Of a stretch of 64,000 bases of DNA, positions 8,091-17,996 are shown in pieces. Position numbers and translations under genes: made by a program. How positions within the stretch are numbered: the first letter of the stretch is position 1; each line of letters starts with the position of its first letter. The notes under the pieces are model-generated. The model had not been told where the DNA came from and did no database searches. It saw only the letters and a list, made by a program, of their open reading frames with translations. Source of the stretch: a virus (Duplodnaviria > Caudoviricetes); the IMG/VR virus record IMGVR_UViG_3300017700_000931, positions 160,001-224,000 of that record; one strand, 5' to 3'.

Positions 8091-11000
8091 TTAGAAATTC
8101 CATTCATCATCTTCATCAGTATCATCCGATGTTTTATTTTTCTCCTCTAATTCTTCCTTTTCAATTGCATCAACAACATCACGATTAGCACCACTCTTCA
8201 TAGCAATTGACGCTCTGCTTTCTGTTGCCTCAGCATTTTCTAATTGAAGCTCTAATACCTTCTCCGGTTCATTTGGGACATTAATTTTCTGTGACTCAAT
8301 ATAAGCATTCATCTTATCTTTATCACCACCGAATTGATTTGAACATGGACACACACCATCCCATTCTGGAGAACAACATAATTTTTCAGTACATGTTGGA
8401 TTGAATCTTTCTTCTTTAGTATCAATATCTGATGCATTTAATGTTTCCCAAACATCATATTTGGTAACACCTCTTTTTAATTTAACAAATGCTTCAGGAT
8501 GTGCAGCATAATATTCTGCCCTAAGTTTAGCATTCTCCTCATATTTGAATAAATCACCAAGATTACAAAGATAGATATCCCACTTAATTGAAATGAAAGA
8601 AGGACCGTGTTCTGAGTGATTACCAACTTCAGCAATAGCTAAAACATTTTTAGGTAAAATACCAACATTTTTTAATTCTTCTAATTCTTCAATTTCTAAT
8701 CGTTTAAATATATCATCCAGACGATTTTTTTCCTCCTTAATACCATCAATTCTAGCTTGTCGCATTCTCTCTTTCCAATCTAGCTCAATGGATATCCATT
8801 TTTCTTCAGACATATCATTGGGAACTAAACCAACACTTGACCAAAATTTGATTTCTTTATCGTCCATTATCATAAGGTCTTCATATGAGTCTTGGTCACT
8901 TTCTTCAAATGGAGTTCCAGAATGCATTACACATTGTTTGTGTGTATACTGACTTCGTGGTTGTAATGTCCATTCTAAATCAGCAGCTTTAACACCTTTA
9001 ATTTTTATTTTTTCAACACTAATAAGAATTTTATCTCTGATTTCTGGTGAGAAACAAACCAGTAATGAATGTATTCTTGTGTTGAAAGCCTCCAAATATT
9101 TTGGTACATTGTATTCGTCAGTTGTTAAATCTGGATTTTTTTCAATCTGGTCAGCAGGTATTAATTTACAATTCAAATCGATTACTTTTTTACCAGTTTC
9201 TTTATTTGTGTTTGTCTTAATATCACCGTGTGATTTAACATTTCCAGTGTTCACATAATAAATTACATCACCAATATCAACATGCAAATTATGTTTAATA
9301 GCTAATTCCATGTGTGCTTGTCTAGCCTTGCTAGCTCCGGCTTTATTCTTAGCTTTAAGATAAATGTTATTATAGTCAACAATACTTTGTTTCACTTTTT
9401 TCTTAGTAGCAATTTTTACCAAAGGTATTCTACAATTATAAATGTCTTCAACATATTTGTAGTAAAGTTCAATGAAATCATAACCATTACCTTCAAGCAA
9501 CATTTTTATGCCCTTATCAATGAATTCTTCGATATAAATTGGCATCGCTTTAGACTTAATTGAGTTACCAACTAATTTCACTTTACCATTAATCATATTG
9601 GCATAATTTTTACGTCGGAAATTGATTGTAGCTTCACATACGGCATCAATATCTAACCCCATTCTACCAATTAGGTACTCTTCATTAAATTCAGCTAACA
9701 CCGCTTTAAGGCCAGTCAATTCTTCACCCGCTTCAAATCGTTCAGTTTTCCAATGGTTAGCCTTACAAATATATTTTATTTCATCAATATTATCTGGAAT
9801 TGAAAAGTTAAAACCATCGGTATCACCAACTAAAGGTTGGAATCCGTGCTTTTCTGTAAAATGCTTAACCATTAATCGTAGATATTGTCTACCACGACAA
9901 GTAATTTCTTCAGCTGAATTGGTATCACCCCAGTTAAATAAATAAGGGGCACCAAATGAACCAAAGAAAGAGTTGGCAAGAATCTTAAGTGGTAATTGTT
10001 TCTTATCGTAATCTGAAGCAAGTCGTTTATGTTTATCAATAGTCGCTTCTAATTTTGAAACTTCTTCACCTGATAAATTACTTCTAGATTCTTCAAGTTC
10101 CTTGGTTAATTTCTTTACCAAATCCTCTTCATCACCAGTTAAAAATTTAAATTTATCACGAGTATCAACAACATAAGTTAATAAACCTTCCATTACACCA
10201 GAAATATCTAATTTAGGAAAAATACCATGTGTAATTTGTGTTTTAGGATAAAGTGCGGCGTAATCGAATTTAACAACATTCTTGGCCCAACCTACCCTAA
10301 GTAATCTAGCAAGACCACCAGTAAATTCTCTTTTCGGTTCAAAATCAGGAATCGCTAATTTATTTTCATATGACCAAGCCATCATAATTAATTTCCACGT
10401 ACCAGCAGTACCCATCGTAGAACTTCTCATGTATGAGGTTGGGATTAACTTAGATAATAAAAAGGATGCTTGATTATAAATCGCATCTACTTGTTCGGTT
10501 TCCCATAAATCGTCTAATAAATAGCGTTGTACGATATAATCACCTTTAACTTGGGTATAATCACCCGAATTCACTTTTTCAATATGTTGTTCATTTTCTG
10601 AATCTAATTCAAACCAATCACCATCTGAATCATTTAGGTAAAAAATACCTTCACTAGCCCATGTTGTGTGTAATTTATCACCATCAACATAAACACGATT
10701 TTTCTTTGCTACTTTTGAAAATTTAGTAATATATTTCAAACCAGCTTTTTTGATATCTGAATTGATTGCTTGAGCTTTACGAACAGCATGAATAATATCT
10801 AGAATATTATAACCCCACATGAAGGTTTGTTCGAAGTGTTCTGTTTCTTGACCTAATTTTAAGGTTGAGCCTTTTCTAAAAATACTAATTTTTGAATTTA
10901 ATGTTTTAGCCAGTGATTCGATATTCAAGTATAAAACCTCACATCTCTTATAGAAATAATCCCAGTCAAAGTTTTCAGAGTTATACCCAGTAATTGTATC

Positions 11001-11693
11001 CGGTTTTAAATCATCAATTATTTGAAAAAATTCTTTAATTGCTTCACGTTCTGAATCTCTTTTTTCTTGTTCAGTATTACCTCTAACCTCAATAACCCTC
11101 TCAAAACCTCTATTATCTTTGACCCCAATTTGGAAGATTGGATGCCTACGTGCATCCAATCCTAGGGTTTCAATATCGAACTGTAATCTATGGATATCAT
11201 TGTAATCATTCATACCCTTAAACAATCTTTTACCCGTTTGAATAAAGAATTGTTCTTCTGGTCTTAAAGCCATGAATAATCGCTCTTGGTCACCACCGTA
11301 TATATTTACACCACCATATTTGAAGAAGTTGATTAAATCATTTGGTGTCCCATCACACGTTGCAATGTATTTAAAACCCCTTGACATTCTTTGAGGTTCT
11401 TCATTATTTGCATTTGCAGTACTTAATGATTTAATTGTAATATTATGCTTAGCCATAGCTTTTCTTCTATCGGCTTTATTACCATTATACAATCTACTAG
11501 CAACCTCTTCTTTCAACCAAATAAATGGTTTGTATTTGTGTTTTTCGATGTATTTACCTTGTTCTGGGTCATTAATAATAAGTGAAACCTTATTATCATC
11601 ATAGGGAGCCTCGATTGCAACAATATACTTTTGTGGGTCGTGTCCTTCGAGGAATCGTTCGATTACTGAATCGTTAACTCTTTCTTGTGGCAT
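8091..11693 (-). CDS. polB: Family B DNA polymerase with 3'-5' exonuclease and long C-terminal extension
   Basis: ExoI FDIET, ExoII GYNSENFD, ExoIII YLLDD; motif A DYAALYP, motif B KQLPLKILANSFFG, motif C GDTDG. Confidence 0.93.
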   Translation of the reverse strand: MPQERVNDSVIERFLEGHDPQKYIVAIEAPYDDNKVSLIINDPEQGKYIEKHKYKPFIWLKEEVASRLYNGNKADRRKAMAKHNITIKSLSTANANNEEPQRMSRGFKYIATCDGTPNDLINFFKYGGVNIYGGDQERLFMALRPEEQFFIQTGKRLFKGMNDYNDIHRLQFDIETLGLDARRHPIFQIGVKDNRGFERVIEVRGNTEQEKRDSEREAIKEFFQIIDDLKPDTITGYNSENFDWDYFYKRCEVLYLNIESLAKTLNSKISIFRKGSTLKLGQETEHFEQTFMWGYNILDIIHAVRKAQAINSDIKKAGLKYITKFSKVAKKNRVYVDGDKLHTTWASEGIFYLNDSDGDWFELDSENEQHIEKVNSGDYTQVKGDYIVQRYLLDDLWETEQVDAIYNQASFLLSKLIPTSYMRSSTMGTAGTWKLIMMAWSYENKLAIPDFEPKREFTGGLARLLRVGWAKNVVKFDYAALYPKTQITHGIFPKLDISGVMEGLLTYVVDTRDKFKFLTGDEEDLVKKLTKELEESRSNLSGEEVSKLEATIDKHKRLASDYDKKQLPLKILANSFFGSFGAPYLFNWGDTNSAEEITCRGRQYLRLMVKHFTEKHGFQPLVGDTDGFNFSIPDNIDEIKYICKANHWKTERFEAGEELTGLKAVLAEFNEEYLIGRMGLDIDAVCEATINFRRKNYANMINGKVKLVGNSIKSKAMPIYIEEFIDKGIKMLLEGNGYDFIELYYKYVEDIYNCRIPLVKIATKKKVKQSIVDYNNIYLKAKNKAGASKARQAHMELAIKHNLHVDIGDVIYYVNTGNVKSHGDIKTNTNKETGKKVIDLNCKLIPADQIEKNPDLTTDEYNVPKYLEAFNTRIHSLLVCFSPEIRDKILISVEKIKIKGVKAADLEWTLQPRSQYTHKQCVMHSGTPFEESDQDSYEDLMIMDDKEIKFWSSVGLVPNDMSEEKWISIELDWKERMRQARIDGIKEEKNRLDDIFKRLEIEELEELKNVGILPKNVLAIAEVGNHSEHGPSFISIKWDIYLCNLGDLFKYEENAKLRAEYYAAHPEAFVKLKRGVTKYDVWETLNASDIDTKEERFNPTCTEKLCCSPEWDGVCPCSNQFGGDKDKMNAYIESQKINVPNEPEKVLELQLENAEATESRASIAMKSGANRDVVDAIEKEELEEKNKTSDDTDEDDEWNF

Positions 11694-11772
11694 AAATTAT
11701 TTTTTGATAAGCCTATTCATTAAAGCTTAAGCAAAAAAACAATAAAAAAATCTAATCCACAAGACTTTATAA

Positions 11773-12147
11773 TTATTTTTTTATCGAACCGTCCAAAACA
11801 TGAACGAATAATTCTTCCCTAATTGGTACTATAAGTGTACCAGAACCATCCAAGAATTCGATAATAAATTGTGCTGCATAGGTACCAGCGGTTTTTGTCT
11901 CTTTTTGTGTGAATTGGTAACCTAAGTAATATTCTTCAACCTCTAAATCACTTGCTGGTTCTTTGAATATACATAATGCTGGCTTTTTACCAACCTTCTT
12001 GATTCCGGTTACCACATCAGCCATAGAGAAATATATGTTTGAATTTTGAATTAATTCATGAAAATGTTTATAATCATTACGACCATCCTTGATTAATTCA
12101 AGTTTTAGTATTGGAAGTGTTGAGTTTTGATTAATAAAGAAGTCCAT
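11773..12147 (-). CDS. Small virion protein (BppU-N-like, tentative)
   Basis: F.I.QNSTLP.L...L pattern and ETKTAGTY.AQF.I beta-sandwich segment; preceded by TATTTAT. Confidence 0.4.
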   Translation of the reverse strand: MDFFINQNSTLPILKLELIKDGRNDYKHFHELIQNSNIYFSMADVVTGIKKVGKKPALCIFKEPASDLEVEEYYLGYQFTQKETKTAGTYAAQFIIEFLDGSGTLIVPIREELFVHVLDGSIKK

Positions 12148-12160
12148 AGTCTTTTTTATA

Positions 12161-12167
12161 ATAAATA
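12161..12167 (-). promoter_or_regulatory. Putative late promoter TATTTAT
   Basis: 13 nt upstream of ATG 12147. Confidence 0.55.
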
Positions 12168-12983
12168 TCAGACCCTAACCAAATCGTTGACCCAAGTGAA
12201 CCTATGATTGATTTTTTCTATAATATGTTTTGGTAATTTTACATCATGTTTTACATACTTAAGTGAACCCTCAACAATAGTGTGTGGAAATTTAAAATTA
12301 TAAACACTATCCAACTCTACCGTTGTTTGTTTTAAATCAGTAAAATTATTTGCATCATATTGAAATCTTTCTTCACCAATAAAATCATGAATTTTATTAA
12401 GTGTTTCTTGAGGTTTATATGTTAAATCAGAGTAATTTATAATTAAAATTCTATTAGCATAACCCATTTCGAATGCATCGTTTAATAACCATACTGGTCT
12501 GGCAACAATACCAGAATCATTTATAAAATTATCGACTCTAGCACTTAGGGTTGATAAATCAACTCCAGATATTTCATCTAAATTTTCTAATAAAATAGTT
12601 TTTTGGTGATGTTTTTCGATACTACTAACGATATCAACTGGGTCCCTGTAGGTCCAAATCACCTTAGTATCATTATGTCCTAATATTGCATCCAACAATG
12701 GTAAATTATTGGACCAACCCCGACATTTATCAAAAACAACATCCTTATCGTGATAGAATCCATCAATAAAACCCTTAAGACCACATCGCATATTTTCATA
12801 TTGATTTAGTCTATCATTTGATTTGAATGTTGGATTGTGTGAAAAGGTTGTTCGCATGTTACCTAAAACATCTATAACCGGAGATGTTGCCGTTGCATGA
12901 AATCTAGGATTCATGTTAAGTAAATTACACAAAAGCGTTGAACCACTACGTGGCATTCCAGAGATTAAATTTAATTTGTTCAT
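12168..12983 (-). CDS. Sulfotransferase family protein
   Basis: 5'-PSB loop GMPRSGSTLL and 3'-PB RDPVDIVSS. Confidence 0.85.
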   Translation of the reverse strand: MNKLNLISGMPRSGSTLLCNLLNMNPRFHATATSPVIDVLGNMRTTFSHNPTFKSNDRLNQYENMRCGLKGFIDGFYHDKDVVFDKCRGWSNNLPLLDAILGHNDTKVIWTYRDPVDIVSSIEKHHQKTILLENLDEISGVDLSTLSARVDNFINDSGIVARPVWLLNDAFEMGYANRILIINYSDLTYKPQETLNKIHDFIGEERFQYDANNFTDLKQTTVELDSVYNFKFPHTIVEGSLKYVKHDVKLPKHIIEKINHRFTWVNDLVRV

Positions 12984-12988
12984 GAACA

Positions 12989-13016
12989 ATTATATGAATA
13001 AATTAAAAAATGGAAA
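12989..13016 (-). promoter_or_regulatory. Possible sigma70-type promoter, near-leaderless, for the sulfotransferase
   Basis: TTTCCA-16 nt-TATAAT, with the -10 only 5 nt from ATG 12983. Confidence 0.35.
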
Positions 13017-13027
13017 TATCTTAATAA

Positions 13028-16000
13028 TTAAAATGCGTAGCTCCAAGCAATCCTACCCCAACCAGTATTTGTTTTTTGATACCAATAATCATCATCCCAA
13101 GCAACAGAACCAATATTACCAGCAGTATCGCCGGAACCAGTAGGTGTATATGATTGTTCAAGTCTAAATTGAGTACTTCCAGTAACACCATTAACATGTA
13201 ACATATCAGTTGGGGTAAGGGTACCAAAACCACTATCTCCACCATCCGTTATAATAGCATAATTTTCATTATTACTTACGTTAGTTGCCTTGAAATAACC
13301 AGATACATTAGTTACACCGGACCCAACCGCTGAAGCGTCTGAATAAATACCATATACAGTTTCAGCACTTACGGTAGAGACGTAACTAACCTCAAAACGC
13401 ATACCGTAAGAATTAGCATTTTCTATATTAGTACTTTGAGAAATATTAGCATATATAGCTCTACGGTCATCAGCTAAGGTAGCACCAACATTACCCCAAA
13501 CACCAGCAACAAAATCACTAGGAGTTACCGCATCACCACCATTAGCACTACCGTACACACCCACTGAATAAGTAGACCCGTTCCTAGCAGAAAAATATCC
13601 ACCATAATTTTGGGAGTACCCATTAATTCCAGAATTTCCATAAAAAGACCTACCAATTCCAGTTCCACCACCAGTAACATCAGACCAAATACCGTTATAG
13701 TTAGAACTACTAGTACCACCTTGTGCCAATATTGCATATCCATTATTAGCTAAGTTGGTACTTGATATATTTATAGCACCATCTAATCCACTACCAGCAG
13801 TGATATATATTCTATCACCTGAATTTGGTGCCACATTCACCCCAATACGGCCATTATCTTTAATTGTTAATAAATTATCTACAGTCGCACCCTCAACTTT
13901 GAATGCTATACCAGTAAAAGTATCACCAGTTGCCTTAGCATGAACTAATGCGGTAGGTGCAGTAATATTAAATCCAGATTTACCTGCATAGTGATTTATA
14001 GTATCAGCACCTTGTTGGTAAAATCCATAATCATTAGCACCAAGTGTGTTAGCTTGTAAAAGAACACCATATGTGTTTGTAACCGTTGGGGATGTAACGT
14101 TAACGGGGGTTCTAACCAGAACCCCAATCATATTTGAAATAGTTCCAGATAAATTTTCTTGGTATGAAACATCCAACCCACCTAGTAAACTAATGTTACC
14201 AGCTTGATACTGTACTCTTGCTGAATAAGCGAAAGCATTGGTGATATTAGCATTACCAATATTATAAATTTGTGATTCTGTACCATACATATAATTAATA
14301 CTACCAGTTCCATCATTCCTTGTTTGGTAATAAGAGCTATGTAAATAACCCAAATTAAATGCACTTGATTTATATATACGAGATACAAATGTATTTGCGG
14401 TGTTACTATTATTAGAAGTATTATTATATGTTTGGTCGAATACAACTGTGTTTGTATAATCTGCACTAGTTGTGACATCAACACGTAATCTAGCTGCATT
14501 TGCGAAACCACCAGCAAGTGTGTTTATACCGATACACAAACCACCATCATCAGTTATTCTAGCTAACTCTGTTGGAGTACCATTTTGCCATATTTGAGCA
14601 CTTGTATTCGTTGTTGTACCCGTACTTCTCACATGTAATGTTGCATCCGGTATTGTTAGATTTGTGGGTAAACCAATACCAACACGTCTATTATCACCAT
14701 TAATCAACATGGCTAAGGTACCACTAGTGTTGAAGTTATTATCCCAACCAGTCGAAAACGTCATAGTACCAGTTGATTCAATAAGTGATATATCATTAGC
14801 ACTGGTTGCTCTCATACTAATACCACTTCCATTCCTATCAGCATGGAAACCAGTATATGTTGCTGAATTACTAAATTGTACTAATCTATTGCCTATATGA
14901 TTTAAATAATTAGATGATGTACCAAAAACTGATTCAGCCCCATTTTTGGTGAATTCAGTATATCCATCATCTCTAACACTAATTAATTCAGTTGTTTGAT
15001 TTCTTACTTTAAATGTATGATTACCACTACCTGTTGTGGAACCATTAATCGTAACTGGCGAACAACCGTAAATATCTGTAACATATAAATCACTAATACA
15101 TGATGCTGATGTATTTCCAGTAAATGTAAATGAACTTGCTGCTTTATATTTAACTGTACCATCTGCTGCCCTAACTAATACTTGGGTTAAAGCATTATCA
15201 TTATCCGGCACATTATTTAAATTTAATGTAGGAACATAAACAGTATTATTTGAAGTACCACTAATATTATTACCACCTATTACAACTGCATTACCACTAG
15301 CATAATTGTTTAAACCACCTATGATTGCAGAATAGTAACCGTTATTAATTGTGTGATTTCTACCACCAATAATTGCTGAATAATAACCACCACCTTGGAT
15401 TGAACTATGCTTACCACCAAGTATTACTGATTGTAATGTTGAAATGGAATTATAACCACCACCACCAATAAATGAATGTGCCGCATAAGCACCACCACTA
15501 ATTATGTTTTTATATCCACCAACGATTGCTGAATTTTGTGTGGTAGCTGAATTTCCATAAGTACCACTATAACCAGCATAGAATCCACCACCACCAATGA
15601 ATGAACCAATACCACTAGCTAAATTTCTAGTACCACCAGCAATCGATGAATAATTTCCAGAAGTGGTATTCCCCAATCCACCACCAATTGCTGAATAATT
15701 TCCAGTCACTGAATTTTGTGTACCCCCAACAATTATGCTACCATAACCATTGATTGTGTTATAGAATCCACCACCAATAAAACTTTTGCTCCCACCATTC
15801 AATATTGTATTATTATTACCACCAACGATTGAAGATACATAACCATTATTTAGGTTATATAAACCACCAACAATTACGTTATAAGTATTACCACTAATGG
15901 TGTTATGGGCACCACCACCAATGAATGCCCTATAACCAGCTAATATTCTATTATCTATACCACCAACGATTGCGGATTCATTATTTGTTACTAAATTAAG

Positions 16001-16495
16001 TCTACCACTACCAATAAATGAATAATCACCACTAACAACGTTTTGATTACCACCACCGATAACACCATTAACTGATGTCACTGAATTACTACCACCACCA
16101 CCAATAAATGCATAGCTTCCAGAGGCGATGTTAAATCCACCACCAGCAATAGTAGTATAGGTACCACTAGCATTGTTACCACCAAGTGCTGGTTGTATTC
16201 CAGTAGCTCCAGAATAAACATATGGAGATATACCTCCACCAGTATTAAAAACTGACCAATCAGTAAAATCAAATAACCAAGGTTCTTGATTTAATTTATA
16301 ATAATCAGTACCACCGGATACACCAACCACCATACCAGCAATTCTTCTATCTTCAGTGATGTTATCTAAGTCTGCTAATGTATCAACATTCCTAAAACCA
16401 TCACGCATATACCTTGCATCGATAATTGCATATGTATCACCAGTTGATGTTGGTGCAAATTCACCAGTCGCTTGTACAGTTCCGTTTATTGCCAT
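13028..16495 (-). CDS. Long tail fibre / adhesin with Gly-Gly-x-x-Asn beta-roll repeats
   Basis: N-term DAR...RR.AGM.V.V attachment-type domain; ~15-aa [ST]xI[VG]GG..N repeats; C-term AWDDDYWYQKTNTGW.R module. Confidence 0.75.
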   Translation of the reverse strand: MAINGTVQATGEFAPTSTGDTYAIIDARYMRDGFRNVDTLADLDNITEDRRIAGMVVGVSGGTDYYKLNQEPWLFDFTDWSVFNTGGGISPYVYSGATGIQPALGGNNASGTYTTIAGGGFNIASGSYAFIGGGGSNSVTSVNGVIGGGNQNVVSGDYSFIGSGRLNLVTNNESAIVGGIDNRILAGYRAFIGGGAHNTISGNTYNVIVGGLYNLNNGYVSSIVGGNNNTILNGGSKSFIGGGFYNTINGYGSIIVGGTQNSVTGNYSAIGGGLGNTTSGNYSSIAGGTRNLASGIGSFIGGGGFYAGYSGTYGNSATTQNSAIVGGYKNIISGGAYAAHSFIGGGGYNSISTLQSVILGGKHSSIQGGGYYSAIIGGRNHTINNGYYSAIIGGLNNYASGNAVVIGGNNISGTSNNTVYVPTLNLNNVPDNDNALTQVLVRAADGTVKYKAASSFTFTGNTSASCISDLYVTDIYGCSPVTINGSTTGSGNHTFKVRNQTTELISVRDDGYTEFTKNGAESVFGTSSNYLNHIGNRLVQFSNSATYTGFHADRNGSGISMRATSANDISLIESTGTMTFSTGWDNNFNTSGTLAMLINGDNRRVGIGLPTNLTIPDATLHVRSTGTTTNTSAQIWQNGTPTELARITDDGGLCIGINTLAGGFANAARLRVDVTTSADYTNTVVFDQTYNNTSNNSNTANTFVSRIYKSSAFNLGYLHSSYYQTRNDGTGSINYMYGTESQIYNIGNANITNAFAYSARVQYQAGNISLLGGLDVSYQENLSGTISNMIGVLVRTPVNVTSPTVTNTYGVLLQANTLGANDYGFYQQGADTINHYAGKSGFNITAPTALVHAKATGDTFTGIAFKVEGATVDNLLTIKDNGRIGVNVAPNSGDRIYITAGSGLDGAINISSTNLANNGYAILAQGGTSSSNYNGIWSDVTGGGTGIGRSFYGNSGINGYSQNYGGYFSARNGSTYSVGVYGSANGGDAVTPSDFVAGVWGNVGATLADDRRAIYANISQSTNIENANSYGMRFEVSYVSTVSAETVYGIYSDASAVGSGVTNVSGYFKATNVSNNENYAIITDGGDSGFGTLTPTDMLHVNGVTGSTQFRLEQSYTPTGSGDTAGNIGSVAWDDDYWYQKTNTGWGRIAWSYAF
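15260..16160 (-). repeat. Degenerate ~14-16 aa tandem peptide repeats in the tail fibre
   Basis: e.g. SFIGGGFYNTING / SIIVGGTQNSVTG / SAIGGGLGNTTSG / SSIAGGTRNLASG; boundaries approximate. Confidence 0.75.
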
Positions 16496-16512
16496 TTTTT
16501 ATATTTTTATAA

Positions 16513-17928
16513 TTAAGTCGTGATTATAGAGATGGTACCACCCAAAGTATTTTTAGTCCTGTAAACATCGTAGGTTATAGGAATACCAAAGGCATTAGTA
16601 ACAACTACTTGTTGTGTATAGTAACCATTATTGAGTATTGTATAACCATCATCAATACCAGCCATAGCTACAGTTAAATTAGTTGAAGCATCTCTGAATA
16701 AAGTTGGGTTAGTTAATGCTACTGGAATACAAATATATTTGTAATTACCAGCACCTAAAGCATACGTTGCATTAGCAGTCGTTGCTAAATTGGTACTGGT
16801 TAAACCAGTAATATTACTCGCAGTTAAAGCAGTTAATGCACTGGTTCCGTAGTATATTCTATTATACCAGTTAACAACGAAATTTCTTGTAAATGTCGCA
16901 TTATTAGTATTCTTAGCTGAAATTTGCCAAGTTTGAGTACCAGCAACCGTCCTAGTTACACTTGGTATTGATATAACTTCAGAACCATCATTTGCAATAC
17001 CACTAGATGGTGTATTGATAAATGCACCAGTATTGATGTTTTTAATTTTAACTGAGTTTGCTTGGATATTCCCACTAAATGTCGTTGCCCAAGTAAATGT
17101 CCTAGGACCACCTAAAATACTAGCCCCAATTTCTAAACTAGTAGATTGGGCACTTATAAGGAATGAACTAAAAGCTGGATTCAAATATGGATATAATAAA
17201 GCATTCCACATTTCTTGCATTGTTACACCACTAAAACTACTACCAGCTAAAATACCACCAATTGTTGTTGGTGTTGGTGCCGGATTAGTATACAATAATG
17301 TACTTGATGAGGTTGGGTCCGTATCAAATACTTGCATTGAATCACCATTATAAACCATGAAATAAGTGATTCCGGTGGTTAACCCACTAGGTACTGGACC
17401 CTCCAAACCATTTTCTGTTGGTACAAATAAATCTAAAATACCATTTCCGTCAATATTAATTGTTGTTGCGGTAGTTATGTTTGTATCATCAAACATAATA
17501 GCATATACAACATTTGTTAAATAACCACCAGTAATGGTAGGGTCAGCAACACCAATATAATTGTCTGCTGTACTTGCCGTAACATTTACATATTGATTAA
17601 AAGAAGGTGTACCGAATCCTAAATTAGTCGTGACACTAAAACCATCGTTTCTACTCAGAACTAATGTTGCACCACTCATAGTAGCACCAGTAACAAATGT
17701 ATCTCCAGCTGAAACAATTCCACTAAGGTCTAAATCGATAGATGTACCATCGACTTTATACAATGTAAGTGTTGTACCAGAAGTATCACCAGTATACACT
17801 AAATTACCCTTAAGATTTATGAAGTTATTATCTAAATCAGTATGTGATAATACCGACCCTAGATTAATATCAGTAAATTGCCCTGAAAATGGACTGTTTT
17901 TGCTTCTAAGAATTAATTTATAGCTCAT
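16513..17928 (-). CDS. Virion structural protein (fibre/whisker-like)
   Basis: LSHTDLDNNFINL N-terminal fibre motif, Thr/Ser/Gly-rich beta-type composition, TATTTAT upstream. Confidence 0.6.
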   Translation of the reverse strand: MSYKLILRSKNSPFSGQFTDINLGSVLSHTDLDNNFINLKGNLVYTGDTSGTTLTLYKVDGTSIDLDLSGIVSAGDTFVTGATMSGATLVLSRNDGFSVTTNLGFGTPSFNQYVNVTASTADNYIGVADPTITGGYLTNVVYAIMFDDTNITTATTINIDGNGILDLFVPTENGLEGPVPSGLTTGITYFMVYNGDSMQVFDTDPTSSSTLLYTNPAPTPTTIGGILAGSSFSGVTMQEMWNALLYPYLNPAFSSFLISAQSTSLEIGASILGGPRTFTWATTFSGNIQANSVKIKNINTGAFINTPSSGIANDGSEVISIPSVTRTVAGTQTWQISAKNTNNATFTRNFVVNWYNRIYYGTSALTALTASNITGLTSTNLATTANATYALGAGNYKYICIPVALTNPTLFRDASTNLTVAMAGIDDGYTILNNGYYTQQVVVTNAFGIPITYDVYRTKNTLGGTISIITT

Positions 17929-17946
17929 TTGTTTACTAGTTTATCT

Positions 17947-17953
17947 ATAAATA
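17947..17953 (-). promoter_or_regulatory. Putative late promoter TATTTAT
   Basis: 18 nt upstream of ATG 17928. Confidence 0.55.
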
Positions 17954-17965
17954 GTTCTAGATAAG

Positions 17966-17993
17966 AAAAAAAGGTCTCAGTGAGACCTTTTTT
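17966..17993. terminator. Intrinsic terminator
   Basis: A7-ggtctc-agt-gagacc-T6 directly after the stop of 17997..19805. Confidence 0.8.
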
Positions 17994-17996
17994 CAA

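Noticed and set aside
15260-16160. Repeats as a CRISPR array or DNA tandem repeat
   Set aside because: The periodicity is at peptide level with divergent codons, inside an open frame; there are no identical DNA repeats with spacers.
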